64,000 bases of DNA from Daphnia carinata (taxonomy: Eukaryota), in the NCBI RefSeq assembly GCF_022539665.2, contig NC_081331.1:1984001-2048000 (forward strand), read 5' to 3'. Below, one piece after another: positions 1 through 14,400 of the stretch. Below the pieces are notes generated by a model. The model was not told the DNA's origin and made no database searches. It was given only the letters and a program-made list of their open reading frames with translations. Position numbers and translations under genes: made by a program. Numbering within the stretch: the stretch's first letter is position 1; each line of letters begins with the position of its first letter.

Positions 1-1379
1 TCATGCGTTTCAGTTCAAGTGCTTGTGGTGTTGTTGAAATGAATGGCCTTCCTTGCCTCGTCCTTTTTGCGTCCGCCAATGGAAAAAAAGCTGGCCGCCC
101 CCCCAAAAAAATCGCTGCTCTTCCATCTCTTTCTCGCAAAAGTCTCCGGTTTACCCAACGTCTAGTGCAACCCATCGCGCACAACTTGATGGATGGCTGT
201 ACGGATGGTAAAAGCCCGATGGATGGGTAAAAGCAGCAGCAGTTAAGACGGAATAGGTTTTCAGTCTTTTAAAAGCGCGCCGAGGATTTCCGTTCTCTTC
301 ATTTGTGGGTGGCTCGTTGTTGTCGTCGGTCGTCATATGCTCCCAAGAGCCCATCATCTTCCATTGTTGCCGCTAACTTCGACCCAACGACGTCATCGTG
401 GCTTTTTCGCCGCACTACGCCGACGATAGTGGAGCCGACTTCGTGATTAATCGCTGCGTGCACTCGCCCACAGCCATGAAATTTTGGAATCCACCAGTTT
501 TGGGCGTTACGGAGCCATAAAGATTTACTGTATTAACTAAATCACTTTTGCCGCAAAAGTGTTGGTTATTTCTTTTCTTTCCTATTTTAAGAAGAAAAAG
601 AAGATAGAAAACAAATAATAATAATAAAAGTGGTGTACAAATCGATGCCAAACCCTGTGGGGATGGCCGCAAGTGTTAGCGCGGTCGTGTCACGCTGGTC
701 GTGTTGTTGGTGGCGGGAGTGTGTGATTCCTAGTGTGCGTCATCACAGTGACAGATGATATGATGACGTCTAGCCTCAAGCTGAAAAGAACCAACTACTC
801 ATCCTGCTACTATAACATACACGACACGCAAATCTCTCGAGCGGGCACACAACGTGACAATCCATCGTCCCCTATTGCACGAAAGAAGATTCACGAAAAG
901 AAGAGCTAGCCCCTTCTTTTTTTTTGGTTTTCTTCCGAATTTCTACTTCGCGTTCCGTTTTTGTTTTGTTTTGTTTTTTTTTTGTTTTTTTTTTAGTGTA
1001 AAACAGTGAAGTTCCGCTCGTCGCTAAATGTCCTTACGTGCTGGCGTAGGATTTTCGTTTTTCTTTTGTTTTGTTTTGCTGACGCTTTGATTGTGAACGG
1101 AAGGATACGTCAAAAAGCAACGCCAAAGCGGACAGATTAAAAACTTTCAGAACTTTGGGGCTTCAGTGATTACGAATTGAATGTGTGCGTATGCTGGGAT
1201 GTTCCGCACTGAGGAAATAGCGTAGACAATCGATAACCTCAGCGAATGAAGAGAACCAGTATCTAACTGTAAACAATATTGTGCCAGCGTTCCGTCGGAC
1301 TGTGTGGATGGATTATATCAGGCGGCCATGCTTCTCTCAGCTGACCAGTGGACCGAATGACTTGTGGTGGCGGTCAGCC

Positions 1380-4300
1380 ATGGGTCAGACCATGTGCTAC
1401 TTTGGACTGGATAAACGTACGTAACAAATGTGCAACAAGAAAATGAGTTTTTTTTTTTTTTTTTTTTTTTGGTTTTTTTTGGGTTTCCCTCTTGCCCCTC
1501 TTGCCCAAAAAGATTTTTTTTTTTTTTTTTTTTGGTTGAATGAAAAATTCAAAAAGCTTTTATCCATTCGTTTGGATATTGTTGTGTTGCGTCTTCGGCG
1601 GCTGTTGTCATCCAGTTTTCTCAGGGTGTTAGGTCGGATTCACTGGAGAAACAGGAAAGACGTTGATGGTCATAGCAACCTGATCGAAACAATGAATGTC
1701 ATAGCAACCGAATAACCGGGTTCCAGTTTCATTTTGGACTGATTTTCATTCGCGTTGTACAAAAAAAAACAAACAAAAAAAAAACGTTGCAGATTCGCAA
1801 GAGAATCATTTTTAATTTCACACTTTTTTTTTTTTTATATTTTATTGCCGATGACACTTTCCGCTCCGAACAGCCGTTGTCTTATTGTATATGCTCATTG
1901 ATCGTTTTCTTTTTGTCTTCACCTCTCGCGCTTCGCTGAGCCGACATTGTGTGTACGCGGATGTTATCACGTTCTAGCTGCTGTCTCATTGCTTATACGC
2001 TAGCGATATATAGCGATCGATCGCCGTCGAGTTTATTCGTTTTCCAAACCCCTTGGCCTCTTGTGTAGATACACTGCATCTCTGCGTGTTTGTTCCTCCC
2101 GCCGAAACTTGAGAAACAGGATCGTAAAATGTGTCGATGGAGCTAATTCTGTCAGCTAGACGATCATGCAAATGTATCGGATAAAACAGCGATAGACGAA
2201 GGAAGAAAAAAGGAAAACGGCTTTTTTCGGCTCTTCTGTTTTTTTTTTTAACGTTTCCATCGAATCCCGTCCCGCCCCATTTTTTTTTTTCCTACTGTTT
2301 TTGCCTTTTAAGAAAACAGCCTTTTTTGTTTTTTTTTTTGTTTTGGGATGAGCGCAATTGCAAAGTTTCAAGCGTCGGGCACTGTTTTGCTGTACGACAG
2401 CTCGCAACGATGGATGACATGCTTTTCCTTCCTGGTGTGCGCTGACTGAGTGTAGTAAAAGAACGGAACAGGGAGATGGAGGGTGAGAGACGAAGGAGAG
2501 TCGATCGATTTTTTTCTTTTCTTTTTCCCGTGGCTTAGAGCAACCAGCTTGGCTGCAGTTTTGCTGCTAGGCCGCCCTTTTACGACCGACGATGTCGTCG
2601 TTACATGGAAAACGTATATACACACACACACACACACACGTCCGTCTCCTTTCCCCCCTCTCACACGTTCCCTACGGGGCTGGGCATGGTTAAAAAGTAC
2701 CGCGTGCAACAGCCAAAACATTTGCGCTCGCCCGCATATCGTAACATCGAACGATGCGAACAAAAATTGCCATTGTTATTCTCTGCCAACTTCTTTTCGT
2801 TTGGCTTGATCATTTTGAGCTTCATCACATTTTCTTTAATGTTGCGTGGCTGTATTTTAGCGGTTAAATAATACCGTATCTCGTGTAAATACCGAAAATA
2901 ACGCTGAATCAATAGCTGTCTGCTTGTGATGTACAGACTTTCATTATCCCGCCTCGGGACGCCTCATTATCAGCGGGGCTTTTAATAATCCCGCAGGTCT
3001 CATTTTCTTTTCAAATAAAGTCTTGTTTTAAGTCACGTTTGCCCCCGTCGTTTTTTTTTAATTGAATTGAGCTGGAAAAAAAAAAAGAAGATTAGTTTCT
3101 CTTTTTCCGCAAACGCGCCCAACTTTGAATGTAGTTGAGAAATGCTTCGTCTGATGAAGGTCGTCGCTTGAAACTCGCGAACGTGCTCTTAGGAATTTAC
3201 TTAAAGGGGCGTCAATCGATTGCCGTATCTCGGTCACAAGCCCTCCTTATTACCTTATACATTTTCTCCAAAAGAAATACCAGACATTGACCCGCCGGCC
3301 TCTATCTCGCCCCGTGAAGGTTGTCGGACGCGACTGGCTGCGTTTTTTTGTTCTCAAGGTTCTTGTTATTTATTTATTTTTTTTTTTTGAGACAACAACA
3401 AACAACGATAACAAAGGCGGGGGAGATGGTAGAAAATGAGGGAGGAGGCGAAAAAAAAATAAAATAAAATAAAAGTATCAGATGCTTTAGCTCGACTCTT
3501 GCATGCAAAAAAAAAAAGCAGGACACGAACCCGACCGTGCATGTCTCATCCGGCTGCTATGTTATCCAGGCGATGTGGTCGGTGGCAGGTCCATATCGTG
3601 ATTATCTTCGTACCAATACCGCCATCATTTTTGTGTGTGTGTGTGTGTGTGTGTGTTTGTGTGTGTGTGTGATGGCGGGGGTATTCGGGTATCGATCTAG
3701 CCTTTTGTTTTGCCGCTCTCCTTACTGGTGATGACCAGTTCGCCCGTTGTTTGTTATTCAAACGAGGGGATGAATGTAACCTGACCGATGTCGTTTTTTT
3801 TTTCTTGTTACGCTGAGATTTTTTTGGGATTTATTTAGCGTGGAAATCCTCGTCTGAATTCTCGCAGAGTTGGCATTGGGATGGGGCGGGGGGAGAGGAG
3901 GGAAAACACTTCGAACGTCTTGGCGGATCGAATTCAAGTCAAAACATTCCAACGCACCCAACTATTTTGCGTGCATCCTGCGGAGTTGCTTCTTGGTACG
4001 GGGCTTATTTCCCGGCTAGTCTGTTTGTGACGGTCCCAAACGTCGTGGGGCCCCCGTCTGCCCTTTCCTAATCTGACATGTTCAATCTACAGCAGAGTCT
4101 GTTGACGGCAGATGAAAAAGCCGTGTGTGTGTGTGTGTGTTTGTGCGACGTAGCTCTTTTTTTTTTTTTCAGTTTCTTCCCTCGCAAAGAGAGAAAAAAG
4201 AAAATCTAGATGTAGGAAGAGCGAACCGAAATAGCTTTCGCTGCAGCCCACCTCTTGGCTGGACGGTCGCCGTCTATTCCAGTCTGTTGTCCTTTTTATT

Positions 4301-7300
4301 CTGTCACGCTCTCACTCGCTTTTATCTCGCAACTATCGCAGTCGTTTCAGTCAAGGTCCGCCCCGTCATCCTATCCGACGTCGCATTTCATTTTCTTTTT
4401 ACTGCTGAATGACTCGACAAACAGCTACAATTACCGATTCGACGCTTTATACGATTCTTAAATTCCCTCCTATTATTCGCCTTTGTGCTATTCACTTCCA
4501 TGTTGCCTCAGTCACGCTCGAAATGGATATCGTATCGCGCATTTTGATTTGTTATAGTGGCTGCGGAGATCCGAAGCCGGGCCGATCCCCATCGCCTACC
4601 ATCACCTCAATGGAATGTGTTGATTGTAAGAGCTTTTCCTCTTTTTCATTCGCTTTCCGTTTCTAGTACGAAATGCGTGTAGCAAAAGGACGGAAGCCAA
4701 CAGAAGGATTGTTTCAAGTGTTTCTTTTTCTCAACAAAAGTCATAGAATAAACAATAGAATTCCCCTGATAGCAGAAGGTTATAGGCTGAATTTCAGCGT
4801 CCCTCTCCTGTTATCGGCTGCGGGAAATCTCGGGACCCCACACTGACTAAACGCAAAATAAGAAAGTTTTTTTTTTTTTTCCTTTTTCTTTTTCAAAGTG
4901 AGAGATACTTGAGACCCCTTTTTTAAAGCTTTTTACTAGCCTTTTAACTTGGCGTAAACGACATGTTGAGTTTTTCTATCAATTTGAAATGGCTCGACGG
5001 CGATGTCGCCGTTGTCTAGGAGACCATCCATCTTAACCGGCTTTAGCTCCGGAGTATTATGGGAGCATTGTAGCGGCACGATACCGCCCGCTACTTGGGA
5101 TGCTCTGTGTTATATAGAAGGAAAGGGGAAAAATTGCGCGAGCCTCTCAAAATGGGTTTCAAAGGCGAAAGGAGGCAAGGCAAACATAAACGGCCATGGA
5201 AAATGAGCAGATAGGGTAGAGGGGAAGAACATCTTCTGCCGTTGTCGATGCAGATGATTGGTGCCGCGCCTGGCACAGCCTTTTTGGCATAGATTTATTG
5301 AAAGTGCCGGAACTGAGCAAGAAGCGATCCGCCGTGCAGAAGCGGAAGTCAAAATAAAAGTGAAGGAAATGATGCCAGCGCCGGTCCGTTGGAAACGAAA
5401 AACGAAAGGCGAGAGAGAGAGAGAATGATTTTTCAAGCAGGATAACAAAGGCAGAGTTAAAGAGGGAACTAAAGACACCATAACATAGTAGCCATTCGCA
5501 TTGTAAATATAGTAGACCTTTTGTGTTGAACTGAAAGGCGGAACACCGAGAGGATTACAGACCGTGAAATGTAAAGAAAGGTGGAGACAAAAGTAGTTAC
5601 GTCAACTATTGTCGGTGATGGCTGATACAGCGAAAGAACAAAAAAATCAGCTGCGGCGAGTTGTCAGAAGTCTTCGATTGTTTTCGTCCTATAATATGCT
5701 TTTTCTTCTTTCAACATTAATGTCTTTGAAAAAAAAAAATCAATACCAGCGAGGGGCTATTAATCTGCTATTATTTCTATCCTATTTCTCCGGCCCGTTT
5801 TTCAATCCTCTTTCCTCATTCTTTTGGCAACCGAGGATGACATGATTTTCTGATTTGTGTTCATAGGAGCGTCTTTCTACGTCTTTTTTTTTTTTTTAAT
5901 TATTTTTAATTTATTCCTCCGTTTTGTCCAATTGTCAGCCCACCTGCAGGGGAAAAAAAAATGATATGCGTTTCGTCGTACACTGACATGCACTACGTGA
6001 CACAAAAGCAACAGCACAAACAATAGAAAAAGATCATCAGATGCAAAAAAAAAAAAAAAAAAAAAAAAAAAAGCGAATACTCTCTAAGCTTTTTTTTCTG
6101 GTTTTGCTTTTTTTAACGTTGAAGATGGCGAGAAGCTCGTGAACCATAAAAGTAGTCTTAAGAATGAAAACATCGATTTTGGAATTTTCTCTTCTTCAGT
6201 GACTTTCTTCACCACTTTACAGGCTTTTTTGTTTGTTGTTTTTTTTTTTTAATTATGTTTCTTCATGTTTTTTCGGTCAATTTCCTTATTTGCATTGAAT
6301 TCAATTTCCCGTCCTCGTATGGTTTTTTTTTTGTCTTGGTTTTATAGGTGATGCCTCAATTCGACTCCCTCGTTGTTCCAGGAGAACAACCGGTCGATCC
6401 AGAGGGGACCGGTTTAAAATGTTTCTCAATTATTTGATAGATTTGCATATTTTTTTTTCCCCCGCTCAAGTCGTCGAACAAGGCAGTTCGTTCGTTCGCT
6501 GGTCGATTAACCCCCAGAAGTTCGTCATTCAAATGTCCAGGATGGAGTTAGTTATACCCGAGTTAATGAGGGATTTGTTGTTGCCCTGACCTAGTTCACT
6601 ACGCTTCTTCGTGGGCGCGTTTGCATTTCAGACCAACAATCAAGAACAAATCCTCGGCCAGTTTTCAGTTGACTCGCATCTGCGTAGTTCGTGATTGGGA
6701 TGATTAAATGACTCCAAAGGGGTGCAACGATACCGCCATTTAAAAATCTGCAAAAACCCGCTTGATTAAACAAGCGCAGTTTTCATTTTATTTTAAAAAA
6801 TCTGGAATAAACGAATGGAAATAATAAAAAGGGAGGCCACAGCAGTGGCTAATGTGGTATGTTATCTTGGGCTTTTTTTTTACACGTGCCTGGAACTCTT
6901 TAGCTCTATGTTATCTTCTCCTGCTCTTATTTTCCCTCGCCTATCTGGTTTTCTTCCCCCATCTGAACTTAACAGTCCTTTAGACTAAAGCTCATAGTCC
7001 AGAGTTAATCTTTTGTTTATCCATAATTCTTTTTTTTATTATTATTATTACGTATTCTTTTATCGTTCCTTGTGACGCTCATCTTCGTCCGTTCGTATTC
7101 CATCCAACTCGCTTGTGCTGATCCCGTGATATAGCATCTGGCAATGGATGGCTGAAGATAGCTCTAGATATTACAGCGCCACGCTATGAACTTGCTCTAA
7201 ACAGAGCCTTTTTTGTCCTAGCGTCTTTCTTTTTTTTTCTATGACATTCCTTTTAATTTCTTTCTATTCCTATACTTTGCTTTTCCATCTGCTTCTTTGA

Positions 7301-10300
7301 AATCGTCAGCTTCTGTTCACTACGTTCGTTTTTGTCCGGCTGGTTCACTTTTTTTTTATTTTCCTTCATAACAGCGGCTCACACGACTTCATTCTCGATA
7401 TTCAGCTCCTCGGCTGTTGGCTGTAGAAAAAGGGGAATTTTAGTACGGTTATCTCGGTTGAACGCGCCCACGCGCTCAATCCAACCCCTTTTTTTTTTCC
7501 CTTTATATTTTCGGGTAGGACACCATGTGATTCGGACCGTGCCGCGTTCATTGGCTTCACAATGACTTCAAGTGCTTCGAAAAAAATAGAAAATAGCGTC
7601 ATTTGATTTTCATCCTGCACGTGGCCAAGCGGCTGTGCTTACGTGACTGGTGTGGGACCTTGTGTGTTTGGCCAAACGGAAAATCATAAGACATTATAAA
7701 CCTTTGCATTCCGGACCGACAATTTTCAATGGAATTGGTGTATACGATATGCCTGAAGAATTTTGAGTTTCTTTCCATTTGGGAAATGATTTACAGGAAC
7801 GCCGAAAATGATCTAATGTAAAGACGCTGAAGTTTCACCGAAAATTAAGAGATAAATGTGCTAGATCGCAATGGCGATTGCGCGCGACGATCTGCGAATG
7901 CAAATGAACTATCTATGGCGATTTGCATCTTTCGTAGTCCTCAGTATAAAGTGGTAGGATTGGGAGAAAATGCGCTTGACATCACAACACCATTTGTTTT
8001 AGGATGGCTGACGTTTGCGGGTCATCAGCGTACTGGTTTTTTTTTTTAGAAAATCCTGTTCGCTTTGGTTGTCGACGTCTTTCGTCAACAGGCGATTCAC
8101 GTCCATTTGTTAACCCACCAACAAGAACCTCCACGTGTGTCGCAACGAATATTTTATTGCGCGAGGTTAGCAACCATCGGAAGAAAGAACCGGCAAACAA
8201 AAGAAGCAAATGCTCTATTAAAAATGTTGCACCCAATCTGGAAACCGCGTCTTTGATCCTCCATTCCAGTCGACTTCTTAATGTACGTCGTCGCCATTTA
8301 TCGTCGTTGATAGACGCATCGATGTGACAATTGCAATAGGCTTTTCAATATCGTCATTCCCTTTTCTCGATGCAATTGGTGTGCCCGTTGTAACACGTTC
8401 CATCGACAAGGAGCTGGAGACTTTTGTCGCCATCAAGTGGGTGTCATTGAGTCCGTTTCTAATAAAGTTGGGCCCTTGAGAGGAAAAATCAGATCGCAAT
8501 AAGGAGCCACGTAATATCCTTTTAATATCCCTCGTCGATTGCGGCAATGTTCCCACGCTTTTTACAGATTTGGCCTTCTGAGCAATCGCAGGAGATACGT
8601 GCGATTTTCGTGTACATAGATTTTCATTTTCGTCGTTACTCGTGTTACACTTTCATGAAATTTAGTGTTTCATTATTTCTTTATTTAAAGGTGCATTTAT
8701 TCGTGTGTTGTGCCTTTTGGTACGAATACGCAGACGGCCACATGGGCGGTGGAATTCTTTTTTGTTTTTACTTTGTTTGACGGGTACACGAAATTCGAAT
8801 CTTTTCGTTCTTAACTATGTCCAAGGAAGTTTTAGTTTTCCCACGTTTGTCTCAATCCTTTTCTTTCTTTTTTTTTTTTCGAGGAGAGCTTCTCGTTCTT
8901 CGAATAGACTCTTGTCTCATCGAAGTCGTTTGCGGATGGCAGCTGACTAGATTTATAGCGCGTAGGGCGAACGGCTGCGGAATAGCAGAATTAGTTAGCT
9001 GAAAAGAAAAATGGATGGACGACGACTTTTGGGCCTGTGGAATGATGGTTCTTTCCCCGACCACTCGTATGCGCATCCATCTTCTCCTTTCGCAGTCGGC
9101 TCCTTCAACATGAAAAATGTCAACCTCTTCTGACGAGCCTGAAGCTCTAAAAAAGGAACCGTTTCTGGGCACTTGTATCGGTTTTAAAGATCAAATTCGA
9201 GTCATACTCAGCTTTCAACTTTCGCCGACTCGTATGAGGAAAACGTGAAAACAATACGCGATGGCATCTGAGCTGGCCATAATCAAAAACACTTGTAAAT
9301 CTGGAATGCCGCGTCCCGTTAGAACAGCCTTCACCAAGTCGTCGTTTGTCAGTCTTTCACCCTGTTGTCTCTTTTGTTCTCGAAACAGGAAGTGCATGGT
9401 GACACCGGTCTGCGATTTTGCTCTCAGTTGGCCACCAATCAATTAGACAATCGACATTGGAAATGTTTCTCTTTACAGCGTTTAATGTCGAGGCACGGTA
9501 CTTCCTTTTTTTTTTTTTTTTCCTCGTTCCATCCAAAATGGGGTGATAAAAAAGAATGACGCTTGGTATAACAGATCGGTTATATAGGAAATTGTATTAT
9601 GTAAGAAAATTGAAACGCCTCGCTTGTTGCTGACGTCCGAATGACGCAACTGAAAGCTGGTCATGGGAAACCGAGCACCATTTCATTGTACTCCAACTTT
9701 AGCTTGTCCGCTGGTTTCTCGCTGGAGTGAGCAAGAAAAAAAAAACCTCGGGATTTTTTATTCTCTTTCTAATTTATTCCTTCACACCTGTGTCGTTATT
9801 GGCGTCGTGCTCAGCTTGAGGAAAACATGTGATTTCGGTAATCTGGCACCTCACCTACGAGTTGTTGTTTTTCAATAGCAAACAAACTGTCGACAGAGGT
9901 GGTGATACTGTGTAAAATAAGCAAAGTGTGGCAAGTTGAAAAAAAAAAGAACTCGTGTCCCCAGGAGGGGAATATGTTCTGTAAACTTCAAGTGTTTGAC
10001 GCCCACATAGAACCATCATTCACCTGGCGAACTCGACTTGTTGCTCCGTCAATCCAAGCAGTGCTAGCAATCGTTCTCTTGTCGTCTGCCCACTTTTTGA
10101 AGTTGGCGGTGAAGTCAAACCGTGTTGATATAAGTTCATTTGCGCTCATATCTTTGGAACTGTAAGAAGCATTTACTTTCTTATCTTTAGTCGTCTTTTT
10201 TTTTCTGTATTGTCTCAGGTCGTGTATGTGTATTTTTCTATATGTTATCGTAGTGACACGTTAGGACGAAACAAAGCAATAAACAGCCGCTGCGCAAGAT

Positions 10301-11432
10301 GAAAGGGAAACCCAACCGTAACAGGTGGAAATACCCAACTCACAATTAGTGTAAGAGCGAGAAATCCTCTTTTTGTTGTTCAGGTTTTGAGATTATGAAT
10401 GTATTGTTATCAAGCGGAGCGGAAGCGCAAACGTAGGAGAGGTGAATGAAGCACCGCTGGACAAGAAGATGCTAGTTTATAAAAGAAGGGACCACCTTCG
10501 TAACTAAAGAAGTCAGTCAAGCAAAAGGGTTGAAAAAGTTTTGTTTGTTCATTATCTGGAAAGGAGATCGTGTTCCAGCACCAGTGCCCCGGGAAGAAAA
10601 GAATGTAGCCCAATGGGGGGGGGGAGAGAGAGATTGTAAGAAAACAGAATCCGAGAAGTGGAAAAGAATGGAAGGAAAAAGAAGAAAGAAAGGAAAAAAA
10701 AAAAGACTTCTTCAAGAAGAGAAGGAGATAGAGAGTCAAGGCCGGTTGAACTCGACGTAATGACGGGACTTTCTTTTGGCCCCAATTGAGGGTGATGACG
10801 GTGTACGTCGTATTGCGTGCCGTCGTTCGTCTTCGTCAGCGTTCGGGGTAAACGACACGTCAGAGTAACGATCCGGGAAATCGGTACATACTGGACGAAA
10901 ACAAAGCTCAGCTTACTGGACAAGAACAGCGATAGAAACGTGACGAGTGATCTCGCATCCCATTGTAGTTCATCTTAATCCAATAATCGTCTGCTGCACG
11001 CCGTAATGAGAACACGAGAGCAAATCGCATTCGCTTTGCCATCTTTATAGTCTTTTAATACTCTTAGTAGATTAGAAACGGGTGCGACTGATTTGAAAAT
11101 GCAAAGCCGACGCCCATTTTTCCTATTATCTAGCTGATGCTGTTACGAATAACGCCACCCTTTGTCGGCCGCCATCTTCGTGCCTATAGCAGGGCAGAAG
11201 TGACTAACGAAAAAATAAAGCCCTTTCCACCTTTGTTTCAGTAGAACGCATTTATTCAAAGAGAATGGAAGTAAACGAGCTAGGAACGTTCTTGTGCTAG
11301 AGTTGTAGGATTCTTATCCGTCGATCACGCGCTCATTCTTGGCTTTTGTTTTATCTCATTTCTCGTCAAAAAACGCCCGTCTTAATGATCCTCATTCGGT
11401 CCCACTTTCGCTGAAGAGGTAACGGGTTACAC

Positions 11433-11467
<35 letters not shown>

Positions 11468-14400
11468 AAGTCTTTTTTACAACTCGATTTTGTGTATGGC
11501 CGATTTTCGTCCGTTAACAACATCGTTTCTGTTGTACAAAAGCGTAAATTCCAATTATCCGGTCTGCCGTGATGGATGGCCATTGGCGAATGCGCTGTCG
11601 CCAGGGCGTAATGAATCATAGTCAAGCGTTCCTATTTTAATGAACAAATTGTTGTGCTCCGTTTCGTCGTTTTTTTAGATCGCCCTTTCAGATTTGTTTT
11701 ACGTCTCTCAAGATGAATAAAATTTGGCATCTTACCATGCATCTGCGTTTCAGTTTTGCAGCCTCACGACCAGCAGCTGAAAAGAAAAATCTTGTAGGAC
11801 ACTACGTGATTGCTAATATTAGACATTCACAAATGGATTTCTGAAAATATCCAGAAGATTTACTTCTGGGGAATTTTTTTTTCTTTCTTTCTCGTACACT
11901 GTCAAGAATTGCCAACCGCGAAGGCACTCTGAAAGTTCACGTGCGGCCAGAAAATCGTGTGGATGGCTGTTCCGCTTCCCATTTTTAATTCACGTTGCGA
12001 TCTCTCTAGATTTTATGGCGTTGCTCCAATCTCATTATGAATTCATGTCTATGCTAGCCAAGAAAGTTTTTGAAGTCGTAGTCGTGTTGAAAAAGAAAAC
12101 TCTGCAAACTCTTTTAAGAAATGAAATACGAGTCGCCATGGTAGCCGCTAGCCATTTCGTCCTAGAGTGTTAAACATTTTGTATCTCTTTTTAAGCAGGA
12201 ACAGCAGCTTCACGTGGTGGGGAGGATTCTTCGCTGACGAAAGGGAATTCGGGTGATCATCACGTTGGTTATTCGCGTCCTGCCACTCCGTCAGCGCCCG
12301 GGGGGACGAACCTTCAGAATTCAGCAGCAGGCTCTTATTCATCCTTCTGTGGGATCACAGGATCCACTGGATCATCCGCACTGGCTCCGGCAGCGCCTTC
12401 CGCTGGCGGGGGTCCTATCGCCGGTCCGACTAGTTACCGCGATCATAACGAACAGTCCGGCAGCGGCGAATGGGACCTGAAAAAATGGAACGAAGAACGC
12501 GAACGAGATCGAGAAACGTGGATCAACGATCCGGAATGGCTCCGCGTCGAGTCGTGGATCGACGAACATCCCAATTTTTGTCTCGACTATTTTCTCAGGT
12601 CAGTCGCAAACGCATTTCTCTTTCTTTTTGTATGGACGATGATTTTGGTGGTCAGTTCAAGTTTTACAAATGAGATTGCTTCCAGAACAACAAAAGAATG
12701 CTATATTTACAATCGGGCTTTGTGTTGACACACGGCCTGATTGAATAACACGGACGACAGTAGGTTTTCCGTCACGTCTCTCTCTGTGTGGTGACCCGCT
12801 TCTGTTCGCTCGTCCTTGTACATCCTTGTCGCATACGCAATTCTTTTGCTGCACCATCGTCTGGAACTAGAGCGACATTGGAGCCAAGTAGACAGTCCCG
12901 ATAGTTGTCATGTTTCTTTTTTTTTTTTTTTTTTTTTTCCTCTCGGTCAGTCGGTCGATTGGTCGGCGATGGTCGATGGAAAGGAAATGTGTACTTATGC
13001 CAGACACGGACGTCTGTCATGGCGTGAGTTCTTACAACCGTGCGTTATCTGCTTGTTTATCCGCTGATGCGACAAACGTTATTTCTCTTCTTCCACCATG
13101 TAGTATTCCTTTTTCTTTTTTAGTCTTTATATTGTTGATTTTTGCCATCGGACGTTTCCGTAAGTAGCTCGCTGGTACGTTCGCCTTCTGCACGAACCCT
13201 TTTTGTCCTTTTATTTTAGAGGAAAAGGAAGGAAAAAAAGGGGGAAATGAGAAATGAAACGTGAAATTATTTGCATGGTCTGTGTACTCGGATTATGGCA
13301 GCGCTTACCTATACGTTACAGAATTTAAAGAAGGACGAGCGGTGTATTTCCAGTTCACGCAATCTAACCGTGCGCCGGCATGCAAGCGTTGTGTACAATT
13401 CATCACTGCCTCGCGATGGATATCGAAAAAGAAAAAAAAGCCAATGCGTCAGAGCTGTGGAAAAAAGAGTTGAAAATAAGATTGCCAACTTGTTGTACTG
13501 AATTTCGCAAGCTGGTCTGAGTTATTCAGCGGGCAGACGAGAGCAAAAACTTGTTGCCTTCCATCAAGCGCCTAATGCCGTGTTTTGATATTACCTCGTG
13601 ACTGTGTTCTCGCGTGCAGTCACTTTGCCGATTAAAGTTCTTTATACCCTTCAGACAAGCCTGATTTGAATCGACGGGAATTTAAGGTGACATGAACGTA
13701 AACCAGTGACGGATGAACGAGAACGACATAGCAGCCCCCGAAGGCTGCGTTTTTTTTTAAGATTGGCGCATCAATTCTTGATATCATTTTAGTTATTTGA
13801 TTATCCCTTCCGATTGGTTGCGAGACGCAAATTCTATTTGCCGAATCCATTTGTCGTTCCCCCCCTTTTTTTTGTCCACGGCTTGATCAATAATAGGTCG
13901 GCTTCAGCGGAAGAGAAATAAGGATCGATTCACATGCACTTCCGGTTCCCCTTAGAATAATGCAACGATATTTGAGTGCCATGCTAAATTATTTTGCATC
14001 CGCCTGTTCTCTTTATTTCTCTCTCTACACAGTCGGAAGTTGAACACAGGTAGTACCGTAACGTGTTAACGTCACAATAAACTTCGTTTGGCAAATAAAC
14101 TTTCCTCCGAGCATTTCTCGACAACAACGACGAGAGATTCGTTGGCAGTTTGCGTCTCAATAACTTAAACAAAATATCATCCTACAAGATTTCTGCCTGA
14201 AACAATAATAAGCCATTACGAAGGAGATGTCTGCACACGTTTATCGCGCATTTCTGTTTTCTCGCTGTCGGATTTATCGTGAATGATTTCTTCGCTCCTT
14301 TCGCAGCGTTGCCTTTAGCCATTGGAAATCAGGAACATAGCCTCGAATTACAAAAAATAAATCTCTGTAAAACCTAATAGCCTTTCACCAAGGATAATCG

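Noticed and set aside
151..672. Short minus-strand ORFs at the window start
   Set aside because: No recognisable domain or consistent splice model; more likely promoter or UTR sequence.
1428..14172. Many 60-130 aa ORFs in Pde11 introns 1-2
   Set aside because: Low-complexity translations of poly-A/T and microsatellite tracts. Only 12199-12598 is supported as coding.
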